Assembly: GCA_017937415.1 (NCBI GenBank)
Contig: JAGBDQ010000240.1
Coordinates: 1 to 37,185 of the forward strand
Origin: Oscillospiraceae bacterium
GTDB taxonomy: Bacteria > Bacillota > Clostridia > Oscillospirales > Oscillospiraceae
Length of the DNA stretch: 37,185 bases
Reading direction: 5' to 3'
Made by a program: the position numbers and the translations under genes. Positions 26,227 through 28,647 of this stretch are shown in pieces. Every line of letters starts with the position of its first letter. Positions within the stretch are counted from its first letter, which is position 1. A model generated the notes under the pieces. The model saw only the letters and a list, made by a program, of their open reading frames with translations. It was not told the DNA's origin and did not search any database.

Positions 26227-28536
26227 TGCCGCCTTGGGATCCGGCTCATTGGCATTCTCACTGCTCAAGTGATAGATCCCGCGGACGTCCAGCTGTGCCA
26301 CAGCAAAGTAAATATCGCCCATCGTGCTCATGGCCGAGGCGTAAACAACGGTCTGCCCCTCGCCCTTCATGATCAGGCTCTTCGTCGTCTCGTCATATAC
26401 AGCGACCCGGTGGTCCAGCACGTCGATAGACTTAAGTTCAAGCCCGGTCTGCTGATCTGCCAGCAGTTTCGTCATAACCGGAACGATATTGTCGTAAGTC
26501 TCGGGCTCCAGCACACCGTTGACCCGCTTTTCCGCAAAGCTCCGGATGTGATAGATCCGATTGTTTGCCACATCGGGGCCCTGGCTCTGGCCGTTGAAGG
26601 TGGCCGTGATCTCGGCCATCTTCTCCTCCATCGTGGGAGCCGGTTCCTCAGGATCATCGTCCTGCTGCTCCTGAGGGTTCTGGCTCTCCTCCGGCTTCTC
26701 CTCTTCCTCATTATTATCGGAATTGTCGATGGCCTGGGGTACAGAAGTGGCGAAGCAAATGGCCGCGCCAAAAGTCTGAATGCGCTCGTTGTTCTTCATG
26801 CTGACAGTGTAATAGGCGATCTCAGTACCCTCAGGAAGCTGGGCAGCGGCGTCTTCCCCGTCATGATCATGCTCATCGCCATCCGTCCCCTCAGGGGCAC
26901 CGGAGGCTTCCGGCTCAGCGGACGCCTCGGGAGAGGGAGTAACCTCAGGCGCGGCCGAGGTCTCGGGCTCAGCGGTATTTTCAGGTGCGGGAGCAGGCTC
27001 AGGCTCGGCAGTCGCCTCAACGGTGGGAGCAGGAGCAGCCTCGGGCTCGGCGCTTTCTTCAGGAGTGGGAGTAGGCTCAGCGGTGTTCTCGTCCCCGGTC
27101 TCCTCCTCACCCTCAGGAGCCGGAGCCTGGGGCGCCGGAGTCTCAGAAACGATCACTTCGGCGTCGTCGCCGTTCCCGTTCCGGGGCTCGTTCGTATCCT
27201 GATTTTCGTTCTTGCTTTGATCCCCGTTTGCCTGCCCGTCAGCACCAGTTTCGCCACTGTTGCTGTTGGTTTCCTCGGTCTTACTTTCGTTGGTGTCCTG
27301 CCCAGCGGTCTGCCCCTCGTTGGCATCCTGGCTCTCACCGGACTCGTCTTCCTTATTATTATCATTTTCACCGTTGTCGGCGTTATCATTTTCTGTATTT
27401 TCCATGCCGTCAGACTCCTCTTCCGGCTCCTGAGAAGTCTCCTTATTAACGCCATCGGCACTGTCGTCGCTGTTTTCCTTCGCAGCGTCGTCAGTGCCGG
27501 TTTGTGTGTTTTCTGTTACGGCATTCTCCTGGCTCTGAGCAGAGCCGGAGCCATTGCCGGTCAGCATGTTGAATCCCGTGTCTACGGGCGTAGTCCCTTC
27601 TCCCTCAGCGGTTTCACCATCGTCGTTTTCAGACTTGTGAATGTCCTCCAGGAGCTTATCCAGGTCCACGCCGGTCTCACTTTCATTGATGGTCAGGCCC
27701 TCCGCTTTGGCTCGTTCCTCGAAAATGGAGAGGTCATAAGGCGAATTGGACTGGACCAGGCCGGACTTGTAGAGCTCCCAGAGGAACTCCTGAACCTCCG
27801 GAGACTCATCCGCAATGGATTTGGTCCCGGTATCCTCAGAACTTCCCTGGTTCGCCTGATTCAGCAGTTGATTTATGGTATCCTCGTCGTCCCCGCTGGA
27901 GATGGGCACACTGACTGTGGGCACCTCACCGCTCCAGCGGATCACCGCAGTGCATACCAACACAGGCGCCCGATCCTCGGTCGCCTCGTAGATCGTCCAG
28001 CTCTTCGGTTCAAAGGAGATCTTGTCGCTGTAATCCTGACCGTCCATAGCGGCCTCCCAGATGAACTGGTTCCGGATGTCCAGTCTGGCTTCCGCGCTGG
28101 CCCGGTAGGCCAGACGCTGCTCTTCGGTCATATTCTTGATAGCCTGCTTCTGCTGGTATGTCAAATACTCCGCCTGGTCCAAATCAAGCCAGCCGGGAAA
28201 GAAGGAGGCATACTCATTAAAGGTAATACCTTCCAAGTATTGAATATCAGTCATGTAGGCCGTGACCTCATGCTCCAGCTGGCCGTTATAGAAACCCAGC
28301 TGGTTGTTGCTCAGCTGAAGGGGCATGGGGATCTCTCCGTCGGCCTGATCCTGCTTGGAGGCCAGAATGGAGTCGGCAGTCAAATCATCCTGATCAGGGT
28401 AAGGACGGGAGACAGCAGCCGCTGTCCTGGAGGCGGCAGCAGAAGCAGTGGCCATTCCTGCGGGCAGAATGGACAGCGACATCACCACGGCCAAGAAGCC
28501 TGATACGAGCCTGCGCACTGATTCACTTGTCTGCAT
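1..28536 (-). CDS. Giant secreted/cell-surface protein (>=9,512 aa, 3' end outside window) with 11 tandem RCC1/BLIP-II beta-propeller blocks and Ig-like spacers
   Basis: ATG at 28536 follows GAAGGTGA (RBS-like). N-terminus MQTSESVRRLVSGFLAVVMSLSILPAGMATASA. The same frame is still coding at base 1 (...TLPNVTGVSVGDNHSVFYQE). None of the minus-strand ORFs listed over 1-28536 is in this frame, consistent with no internal stop. Dozens of RCC1 motifs (IAAGxxHxLALxxDGxVWxWGxNxxGQLG) read in frame. Confidence 0.95.
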   Translation of the reverse strand, partial: MQTSESVRRLVSGFLAVVMSLSILPAGMATASAAASRTAAAVSRPYPDQDDLTADSILASKQDQADGEIPMPLQLSNNQLGFYNGQLEHEVTAYMTDIQYLEGITFNEYASFFPGWLDLDQAEYLTYQQKQAIKNMTEEQRLAYRASAEARLDIRNQFIWEAAMDGQDYSDKISFEPKSWTIYEATEDRAPVLVCTAVIRWSGEVPTVSVPISSGDDEDTINQLLNQANQGSSEDTGTKSIADESPEVQEFLWELYKSGLVQSNSPYDLSIFEERAKAEGLTINESETGVDLDKLLEDIHKSENDDGETAEGEGTTPVDTGFNMLTGNGSGSAQSQENAVTENTQTGTDDAAKENSDDSADGVNKETSQEPEEESDGMENTENDNADNGENDNNKEDESGESQDANEGQTAGQDTNESKTEETNSNSGETGADGQANGDQSKNENQDTNEPRNGNGDDAEVIVSETPAPQAPAPEGEEETGDENTAEPTPTPEESAEPEAAPAPTVEATAEPEPAPAPENTAEPETSAAPEVTPSPEASAEPEASGAPEGTDGDEHDHDGEDAAAQLPEGTEIAYYTVSMKNNERIQTFGAAICFATSVPQAIDNSDNNEEEEKPEESQNPQEQQDDDPEEPAPTMEEKMAEITATFNGQSQGPDVANNRIYHIRSFAEKRVNGVLEPETYDNIVPVMTKLLADQQTGLELKSIDVLDHRVAVYDETTKSLIMKGEGQTVVYASAMSTMGDIYFAVAQLDVRGIYHLSSENANEPDPKAAVPMVSSGQNHTLALTSEGKVYGWGDGGTKALGAQNEGQKNSPVAVTMRQADGTFEIMSGIVAVAAGSGFSLALTKDGRVYAWGSNGYGQLGTVEEVGTEKSTGEPALVLGPRDTADTANRDSDNHLCNIVAISAGVTHALALAKDGTVYAWGRANVGQLGQGADLPEGITYITTPVAVMEGTSTGVSGNRLAGVVAIEAGSDFSLALTSAGRVYSWGDNRRGQLGTNESSGVSNRNYARMIQDAIAYGETEPTTFDKVLAISGWGANVGSDVDSSGHALAITAATNNGVLTGETKAWSWGNNAQSQTGTGVKDSTNQTVWLPRGVGFMESFAEHGLRIVSVAAGASHSLAIVRLNGESTAEPEPVQQTASMMSVRPQEPEAEPSVPAPEESPEATTTPAPEESPEATVTPAPEESPEATVTPAPEESPEATVTPAPKESPEATVTPAPEESPEATVTPAPEESPEATTTPAPEESQEATTTPAPEENPEASITPAPEETETAPVIPDAEKAGDGEENGKTQSGDGEEKTRSISEEMTNAVATAAQAPEENETTDVNGENGSSDTGVTTETDTEDETLRSDGDETENGSTESKNDTNGTQSENGTEDPNGSENGSEEADGTENADNSNGGNGSGDAEGGDGSESVNKEDKEENSEEKNESTSAPDTENQPQTESQLEMTNVLKANNANALTADETENEPAVIEEYFVYGWGLNNHGNLGRPDHSDAQGTVEFPIRMYLTEPETNEEGEIVSENPVMNPGGITAGEAFSVYWYYDGTVDSLENGTVMATGWNSAGQLGAAEALKELYPDLTQIFSHPLPVRVGAGVGKQLIFNKVWVFTDEEDPDTGVVTRKLTARYAEQPARVTEEEVDRAILAAIGQEDMDLSLLPVNKLAELLTITDRQDLLVFKSGIRRYYSVGFNVFERDRSVATPDGVKINYDVQPQPDELEHLSLNVTDNTDVSGENNAKMLPTGGTKEERYGTNWFDAQEDLPLEERYVGGFHVEVKDADNFTTPSIQAGIGFMVALKSDGSVWTWGDNSKGQLGMGSTSDQVPYTTYPTPVAGLMGNGRLNLIAEISVGYEHVLARTADGSVYAWGNNEFGQLGQGETFVDKYSCVPLQVIAGDSEMFNEGAAYLSGTTMVAAGGYHNLALLGNSDGYVYSWGRNNRGQLGTGLEVSTENHNLMRDYPSQVILNYGSLIPNERYMANSTMVAAGAYHSLAVGIFPGEGGAVSTVTSVLGWGDNEYGQLGFADDGYGYARTPGFALYGDGAEPPRLSGVRKIVAGERHTVALCGEAYEGQAGGGRTNRIRVMGDTQYGQCGNVTQFQRANLNFATDLLESSIEDGSTSDPVMDGIDIAAGRFYTVVLRGEVTAPAKEGGEPIVRNSKVYAFGSNDSGQLGLSPEALSQTKDMMEVTIDGLGEGEIVMKVAAAGGLNVGTAKIDAASEGGFGGALTSENQIYTWGKNDMGQLGDFTLLDRSTAVKTGFEEAYIPQAAGVVNFGGDLDYSVTVRVERDHVVYPDNNRSYRLVLNTPVATVVDLIAELDENNMPTGYYHTAEDGKAKGGSYSIWATIPDSADDDGNPLWEDTLADVEVGKGRDFAADPAIVDFFTIRYDVTEVGAVGSEISAIYDGKPVANNEVVWGNGRLEITVAGHGGLLDNYVYDWNDNVPGDGSKNEYVSTEVQREGKDENGQEIRKGVVNGVLTVEDLIDTFDMTCVVTGPTGHDVSVSLRRDGSGWVNSGKEVQLVSTFGEYMLRDDGTGHFINDASTKVASGEYTIVDNGYDTGRLLTVGPASANAITLNYYTLEYSVSPRDGMIWAYVEAFYANADSTPDVSQPLPSGNAVLENAKIILRTEARIFTSLNDDNTRYDWSVTGDVSYDGKSESSSKQTGYGFFTMGSRPSKIFCDAYNLLPSAAGVDILQLTLDGAAWSEAANELTITLESDRGRGETITAGKNAVWASYSLGHTDNGVFNGTVPADGNVANYRIYINGGELPGIKVAVNGKNTKITNIPFYTLTYALSLDPTAGNTATSATLRVETVNLADPASAPILHQETVVDTVTPEKTGVKAHFPYVANSEWTGALKLSLMGEGSTIYTYTWGSKTPAETGRETKVPDGQASIASTDLATGTVHPGTDTGRSFLTYGGAIEIPGIYVMGSGTSVVSASAFSLEDSALRTMNVDAAIQSRQAAAWEVLEEGLVAAAAEAEAETESASDPLADGQESGGERIEVTIIENRDLKPWQWSEENPVTQSQLLLGTTVELLKGDTLDITGTVERYQSGFRLSKKELTSTAYMNTTSGGAANKPQPYIAMPEKMEGADEDAVVQDRDGLVVEESEFVLTSSNPNVVRVEKGYTLVAVADFGEAVVRIYNRVTGRSAMLTVKVVNAEDYKVDATKSVYKSTPAVASGDGFSIALKADGSVWAWGDNSKGQLGTDDTEMKYSDTPVKVYERVYGTNEIADTVLKNIVAIAAGYDHALAVDREGNVYVWGNNATGQLGRAPKAEAESDQVNVDYWPTLFYADRMIDMDGDPELLPFRSGIKVVDVAAGNGFSLLLTNEGTAFGVGRNDKGQLGSGYTNDLLGFDPLRNDFLANITMPADADTPEGQILGINHGVYSSPYFVDSFFEYADYLVDTFLLLEKYYEIEIEENEENRRQKILELFDMEEGTGMAKNPMPELISAEMPNYDTYVAAMALYNRVRDEITAELKDQKPIIRVVERDGEDPFLYDTNWQLAIPTYTGASWTYERYLEAWEGYQTRLQNDELKKDKEDSTGHVIESEPTFNNYTYHLTQVLEGQSASRGYYLKDMVKLSAGDGHVVALRSDGSVYAWGDNSKGQLGVDLDYVLAKNLGNGDLTGGTFTYRVPIRIVSGGYHTTEKAAEFDTHRNHNVITYMNNVTGISAGGNHTMLLLSDGTVWSFGEDTYGQLGTGRANPGYDIGSGYLSTDWFYDTEDARFSDPLLPVTAPELIAEMTTEQRVAAAQKINFPAEVTRVVEVAAGGEASLALAEAGSVYAWGSNVYGQIGQLEGEQGEIYRLAYTTAPKAVDKGESANVDSTIKTFADGIRIAAGRNHMAAVKSTGYVWNWGDNAFGQMGNGKTDTAFVPVQAGDGDSKTLLLDKYWVYNEDDTPATDEPYQQTRPMGERNPAQLVLSQGQYISFDLADLLYSYRTGFNLISDGENTKINDLTNVDVGSVDPSVLTINREPETDGSAKVTVRGTDKLGFGTVYIDYNYAGVKGDPNKKPDSNMMSLPVWVRHVQQYKDGSDDPDASFVAPMISAAPMVVAGENHSLALDSLGQVWAWGDNTYGQLGMDLKKTSVQAPEQILKGLTFDGKPVSFTAIAAGKNFSLAVDNFGRVWSWGENSHDQLGRGNDRQVKGEIPGVVYTRNKLGQATVLGRLTVSTEYYIENPDGSKDHFIENNIDRIIAVSAGENHAMALSISGYVYTWGDNQFGQLGQNNRKLESTSFAKRMSKGAAPSTSGGVEETVNISAGGNSSAVNLLNGTLYTVGLNAHGVLGDSSTINRYSPVKVNKGESHNEFDSDNAYLDKVVRVAQGSDHAVALRLDGSIYVWGEAAQGQIGYVPKSDDITVYICPLCEREYTSADTAEGGAVSIEKDGTTGEETITLTCTNKKCDNYGKAVEISAATKPGPTFVTQPIHMTQIDENGNLVKVGDGSRIPKSVTVCECPTCNAEYSLTDPAVTDKGDGTYDLTCTATPNCEANGTVNVTPNRKDLFTTGDIYSGGQQIAAGFNSTFTKVYDPEETREGWDKVKVLAWGDNADGQLGNYGPGTEEDPVRNGTPVDRDNTVPRAIPGGQVLHDIDYTYMQSVTDMALGGHHMLLTTDNGVVFAAGDNTYGQLGDYTNKSWNYPIVVGDLAFETIRIMGHVESDPAPVEPYELTPQVVLVEDEKLYFDLKSMNFIWSKGFNLLQHLDIEPIADGDLFFTPLDPSLVVEIGREGDSLVFQSPAATAEDRVYGETMVQVYHPKTGRMALVRVQVKQEERADQAFTTAPQVAVGARHTVALRSDGTVWAWGDNSGAQLGDSTFIDRAYPVQMMDEKGNPYTNIRAVAAGDSYSLLLNDDGEVIVVGMLTSITTNLVHTASEEEKLQNALALKDKENPNGFAVYREGDRTTGNYFIYTDAQVAESQKPDGIVLRGSPDGRITMRYEWRDSRNNVVEKPAQEQIDSGAVTKYYTGWYEIPTEEQKAAGHTTGYYAAYDYVNGDGDNCGTWLDIPEICPICGAPGNEVLSQVHTTKSERVMVTRAITADDGIGTGGITGNPTDGFFYTYTAQDGSLKSEPLNKKYENGDRTFYVSAGFDSSKPYSSVAEDYNKIMVASLGSYYVRDWGNRDFPYFTGTLKCKNASSSTNKCLMGDYQPLRKDVPLHCPVAGCNQVGQNSFKLIYADDHDVWSDGIDDIAGFNSDWHAIPEDEWKHQYWYCLGGHSWMVPYDKSTTEAVAERKTLTYQTGELDQEGDPVEAILTDIIDIAAGTDHILALKKDGTVWAAGDNDHGELGQDSCEKLGTAVQVLGFKGKGILKNVVDVEAGNGFSAALISNGTVFTWGSNTKGQLGDSGRESYSATPVQVVSGDYDVNDQAIFNILTGVNAISAGDSHVVVIASEFVGSDNSFTQSKSVFAWGDNSKGQLNAKEIKLVNDGTGTMAETVVDRNLEYSRTPVRVLGLSEQELKEKYGTDILAVTVDAGAAHALLRLSDGRVIGFGGNNRFQLSKGTPDAYGIVTVEDGEAVTSSGVAEGMMMAAAGGSHSVLITSTGHVLSFGDNTKGQLGLAARGTDDSTDDWREEPCYTGEQAAKMLQFQFGGNLNRTSAGYNRIETWWDMNKNLTIDILDEVEQTQYFGFNLLSNDPTTTTENLSTLYPEIRFLSSDKSILEVYEENGTWKMRSAGMSYSSFQKIGDVTVAAVDANGNVVGLFMVKVKDELNQYSENPDLPDTENRYATPMIVSNDKVTLALKADGTVWTWGKGAYRDKNGNLVDCTRPTMIPFPNYIAQIAMGANHYVALDINGRVYTWGDNTYGQTGIYLNSETYYKTVVDRYDSSQRPQKTTLNRYKRQQIVENPTDLLKHLLSRDQSATAKADPTAIDPENGPFKADQLFGKIVSIAAGDNHTLLLDDKGSVWAFGDNAKGQLGVGDTGYDYSSRLVTVNDRAYQATAARYTPTKVLKGVSAGRTAYLENVISISASGNHSAAVLADGTAWTWGSNEKGQLGVVASGSVVVPVAVSGTKDQLVTGKMRNIVSIATGKGHTLIQAVVPKLEKDEESGKYLPIDGEYTMGAYAVGDNSKGQLGIGIIYTFTCPDCGKKFHTGDPELTGSGVNVTLTHQKAQKDEQGNVLKDESGNILYQTVEEEREVDKTNEDGTPVLGEDGNPVKETITVTVPVMGTYEVTGVVADKADLMVRTPTRVIDTAGKPLEEVRQLTAGDNFSAALVGDTLYDTLKIGNPPFDATLIYAWGDNSKGQLGVAEGAGSGSMILPDDTTRATLVRKGGTVSMVEEVGSEIQNDAAKTKAEYIRENLYIAAGSETLFFVQEDGTVWFSGRNDRKFDFKSDPRYVPTQIDLDTFYTLYIGEAHIYNNTDTTTSVAPSPWKPKMPQSVTIYDNQWLWIVEKDLRQAFSSNFNVLDPKFERYLPADARITYTSSDPWIADFALDQDGKMYLKPTGKAYGRIIITLRNERDMYWGDYEVYVLPTQIDAVLPKANAAVVAGNNVTVALQADGTVWQWGDIWINDYRYTYEYPTQVSFQGLGANEHIVQIEGYDRSFMALTNLGNVYTWGRNDYGQLGNGNSNVRWYGRYEGDLSTGKNHWIERRYDQLNAVKVSTLGPATETGPIFNISMGQDFAMAVSAGKQVGTELKNVNTVWVWGSNANGQQGIGYKANVWRDSSGYWHNGTTDSTSAAYENDRLVYATPHKVLGQEGIDNLVNITRVAAGNGHALALRSDSTVYAWGANNYGQLGDNTTNDHYTPIRVTPGEYDSEAYYLRDVIRIDAATQYSMALMRTNEVYVWGKNQHGVLGKDPDTVTSAKVPTKVSLINPETGLEVRAAEIYAGPNHAMATAQVGVDMAFAWGLNTNHQLGVGVDDEKVYVPKAILAGDNLVVRGGEGGTSRLDPYFRTTSYFSAGTTHTVLMDWQGQVYFMGHYNWGKLDQNAGDPVVNKDSQIPDRFGNEELKLYRWLKGGVNGTKQSNFYTLQVNVLPEQYTMDWVRKDKIASGMSEADAQAYVDSLTPTATRTSMTIPFDELYEDYDYAYSLRFSATRTKITETDHIVAISSDPSVVKAEVTDTGIVITSTGIGWANVSIRNTRTGYSFMVTVNVTEVSLAVKNAVATPMVSSGNAFSIALKADGTVWAWGTWGRAYSSSNSYYNYAASYPVQVKEFSGTAVAVAAGYDHALILSNNGTVWSVGMNNYGQLGIGSTDNNFSNSYTTARQVQGLSNNIGQIAAGMYYSAAVDKTTGKVYVWGRNYFHDQYRYHEYYGYSYNNQLTHELTTAHALRSGFSASHTDTISVSIGYQHNIELTNIIEISAAGRALYLLRQDGTVFVVGSQEQDLPDEGGVSDANLLMGAGYGTTLYKVKEYNPYAVAGGMLGTTYLTDVLTLDSGYYHTLAVRGITRNEDVTTTTYTCPKCGAEHVGDSSDTHTITKNEDGTVILTCTAIITATDPGDGSGASGGGATAAEGGEGGGTAGTETRCDYNSGETKEVLDPKYIVTETAINGSQRRDVVSWGNDGNAQLGDQGTNTNRGLVNYVTGLGTYANNGADSDGMDIDLLKVYAGAYNSGAIYTENLDNIDPDTNKLHVLGLNTSYQQGDNDNTSPAQTGDRALQGNSYNTRTVTNQKTAPNDFGGYFNRPYDLSLSELTTVAVQKEGSVWAWGSDEAYRRGDFGDAEGLVGTPVQVGSEDYYDLVINKAELYAYQIDGVSNSTSAVDPERNDTKYARVKIADYGRSATFAPAAQEKPLDRRITLRPFQDLEIDLKSMFVREDWGFNLRVDYEDVAAVWESMKVRSLNTDLITVTPFAFEYADGTKVTDESKVTGDYESFVDEAGTKCYPTKVRLSVNRDQSAQGYASVIFMDMERDIHSLLTISVIPTLEDDTTDQSADLADINSDLSDAKAIAVPQVIMTGTDSGVNTAYALTAYGELYAWGSNSYGKLANGLATVLDTTSVDAPILTATNVLQVSATNDAVIILKKDGTVWQSGHVHISGCGHYETSFVKRSLDRAAVKVGVGGDTNYNYYYVLTATGHVYMWYGCTVGEGGWWLQNQFGETLRYIVDISVGEGGIMALSADGSVYYAGLGSQKLTHRSNYQSEYHRYSRDAVAVNTGSNRSYMNWNNAIVFNNDKNVSLGGATGYTVTTPSESNKLYKLEKDGTTRYFYLTGINSGKGNYVVTGSLRDEKNTVLEKNVAFTWGANAQGQLGVAAAATAELSRPQNAWNAITTNADGKIVTDTDTLLRNVVAGDFSVHAGILLTSDGRVYTTGNNQNGARGIQENFGTTLESNAQPVRAGENDMDRLVMVSGDEEGDVNESNYFVDLDEGKTFSFDTILRVHTQGLNLYQLTERTPVANPDGVATTKTVGTTNVVEMGDATPGSATVKAWTNLPKASSARFVYASSDTRIATVSVDDTTGKVIITANSNGYYGDTTISLYDKATGMEGRLVVTVRQQLVGAAGRTTVVAAPQIANATNYSVALKADGTVWTWGTTGGSYPAQVTRSNGTALTNIIEIAADASTGGVALDNEGTVYQWPGNGKQVTATFGKSSFGNERVVKIAAGNNLRLALTESGKVWSWGYNGNGQLGDGTNTDRSAPVRVRGALGGSYEYRYLEGVVAIAAGYRTAAALRADGSLVVWGNNANGQVGYGQNNGGQNYNNKDVPMYVRAGDASGMSYDAYLRGAVEADLSNESTIALMRDRKVYTWGDNAYGQLGMDSGAADKHLPTLPAQNWWKETSAEEGKPSVVEEYAVQISGGATRTMVVTNKDNLYGAGVNGTTYNALAQGLSVGNVTTYTQMRKYDSTGSKGLTDLYFFNSDPASAYVDRVVMAATGDNHTTILRNDGSIYAWGNNANHQLGSYINNTNTAGDLVNEGTAANGNPNTRAYPFRVGADDHHGLFLNNALSIKNADGNTFKPEELEVTNALGQKEKLLNWVLPAKGTGKTDELGEEAFVVLTHNQTLTLDPKTITMEYASGFLLWNDLSTTDMYALAVKTDAAAGNNENPWESFTDTGRTIREAGLSVYDLDADTLVITTSDHNVAQVEKDAANGKWIIKPVENGYGTANILVKYTGKDTPLYGVVRLTVIQDTEEVRKSTPNASAKLAAPQTGAGIDFTVALMSDGTVWAWGENGYGQLGDGTTTDRSVPVQVTTDVYGTPLRNITAISVGDSFTMALDKDGFVWTWGRNDAYQLGNGNSSNRVYAQKVLIGAQPKLEEDEVYLRDIRTIAAGDDFAGAVDKNGFVYTWGANDYGQLGNATTNTAGTPVRVVAGVSAPGVTQSGLTTAYTAINRYMRDVVELAAGENHFIAMMDDGMIYAWGSNANGRLGTEYTSVGTSNYLTIPYQVTRGQNEPGRANTDTPRVSRYLHEVLEIVAGDYASWYINTDHEVLMTGSFSSDRADGTTPEILSAVRPTYFTVNQLAPTGEDVKNHNGKSILKNGRPQNVFAFDTGARNLAFVTDTYASGDAAIWMMGVNTYGQLGRAYTNSRNTPLDDADKAEINKDKPSQVYAPFENQPVDSRGLVTLPNVTGVSVGDNHSVFYQE
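24733..25072 (-). repeat. 36-bp coding tandem repeat, ~9.5 copies (PAPEESPEAT(V/T)T)
   Basis: Unit ctcctcaggagcaggagtgacagtcgcctccgggct (+ strand) at 24841, 24877, 24913, 24949 and 24985, near-identical. Diverged copies at 24733, 24769, 24805 and 25021, and a partial copy at 25057. Confidence 0.95.
26640..27620 (-). repeat. Acidic, Pro/Glu/Asn/Asp-rich low-complexity coding region (N-terminal linker of the giant protein)
   Basis: Translation such as ENTENDNADNGENDNNKEDESGESQD and AEPTPTPEESAEPEAAPAPTVEATAEPEPAPAPENTAEPETSAAPE. Confidence 0.8.
28438..28536 (-). other. Sec-type signal peptide of the giant protein
   Basis: Basic n-region (RR), hydrophobic h-region (LVSGFLAVVMSLSILP), Ala-X-Ala cleavage motif (ATASA). 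The exact cleavage site is uncertain. Confidence 0.8.
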
Positions 28537-28618
28537 CTCGCATCACCTTCTTCCGGATTTGCTTAGTCTCTAATATGTCGGATACATATTTCGACGCAAT
28601 GCTACCATAGTACCCTAT

Positions 28619-28647
28619 ATTATGTCACCAGTTGACGTAAAAATCAA
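28619..28647 (-). promoter_or_regulatory. Putative sigma-A promoter of the giant gene
   Basis: Minus strand TTGATT-17 nt-CATAAT with an extended -10 TG, about 80 nt upstream of the ATG. Confidence 0.6.

Noticed and set aside
641-27461. Numerous short (60-430 aa) ORFs in other frames within the giant gene
   Set aside because: Off-frame by-products of GC-rich coding DNA, with no recognisable motifs.
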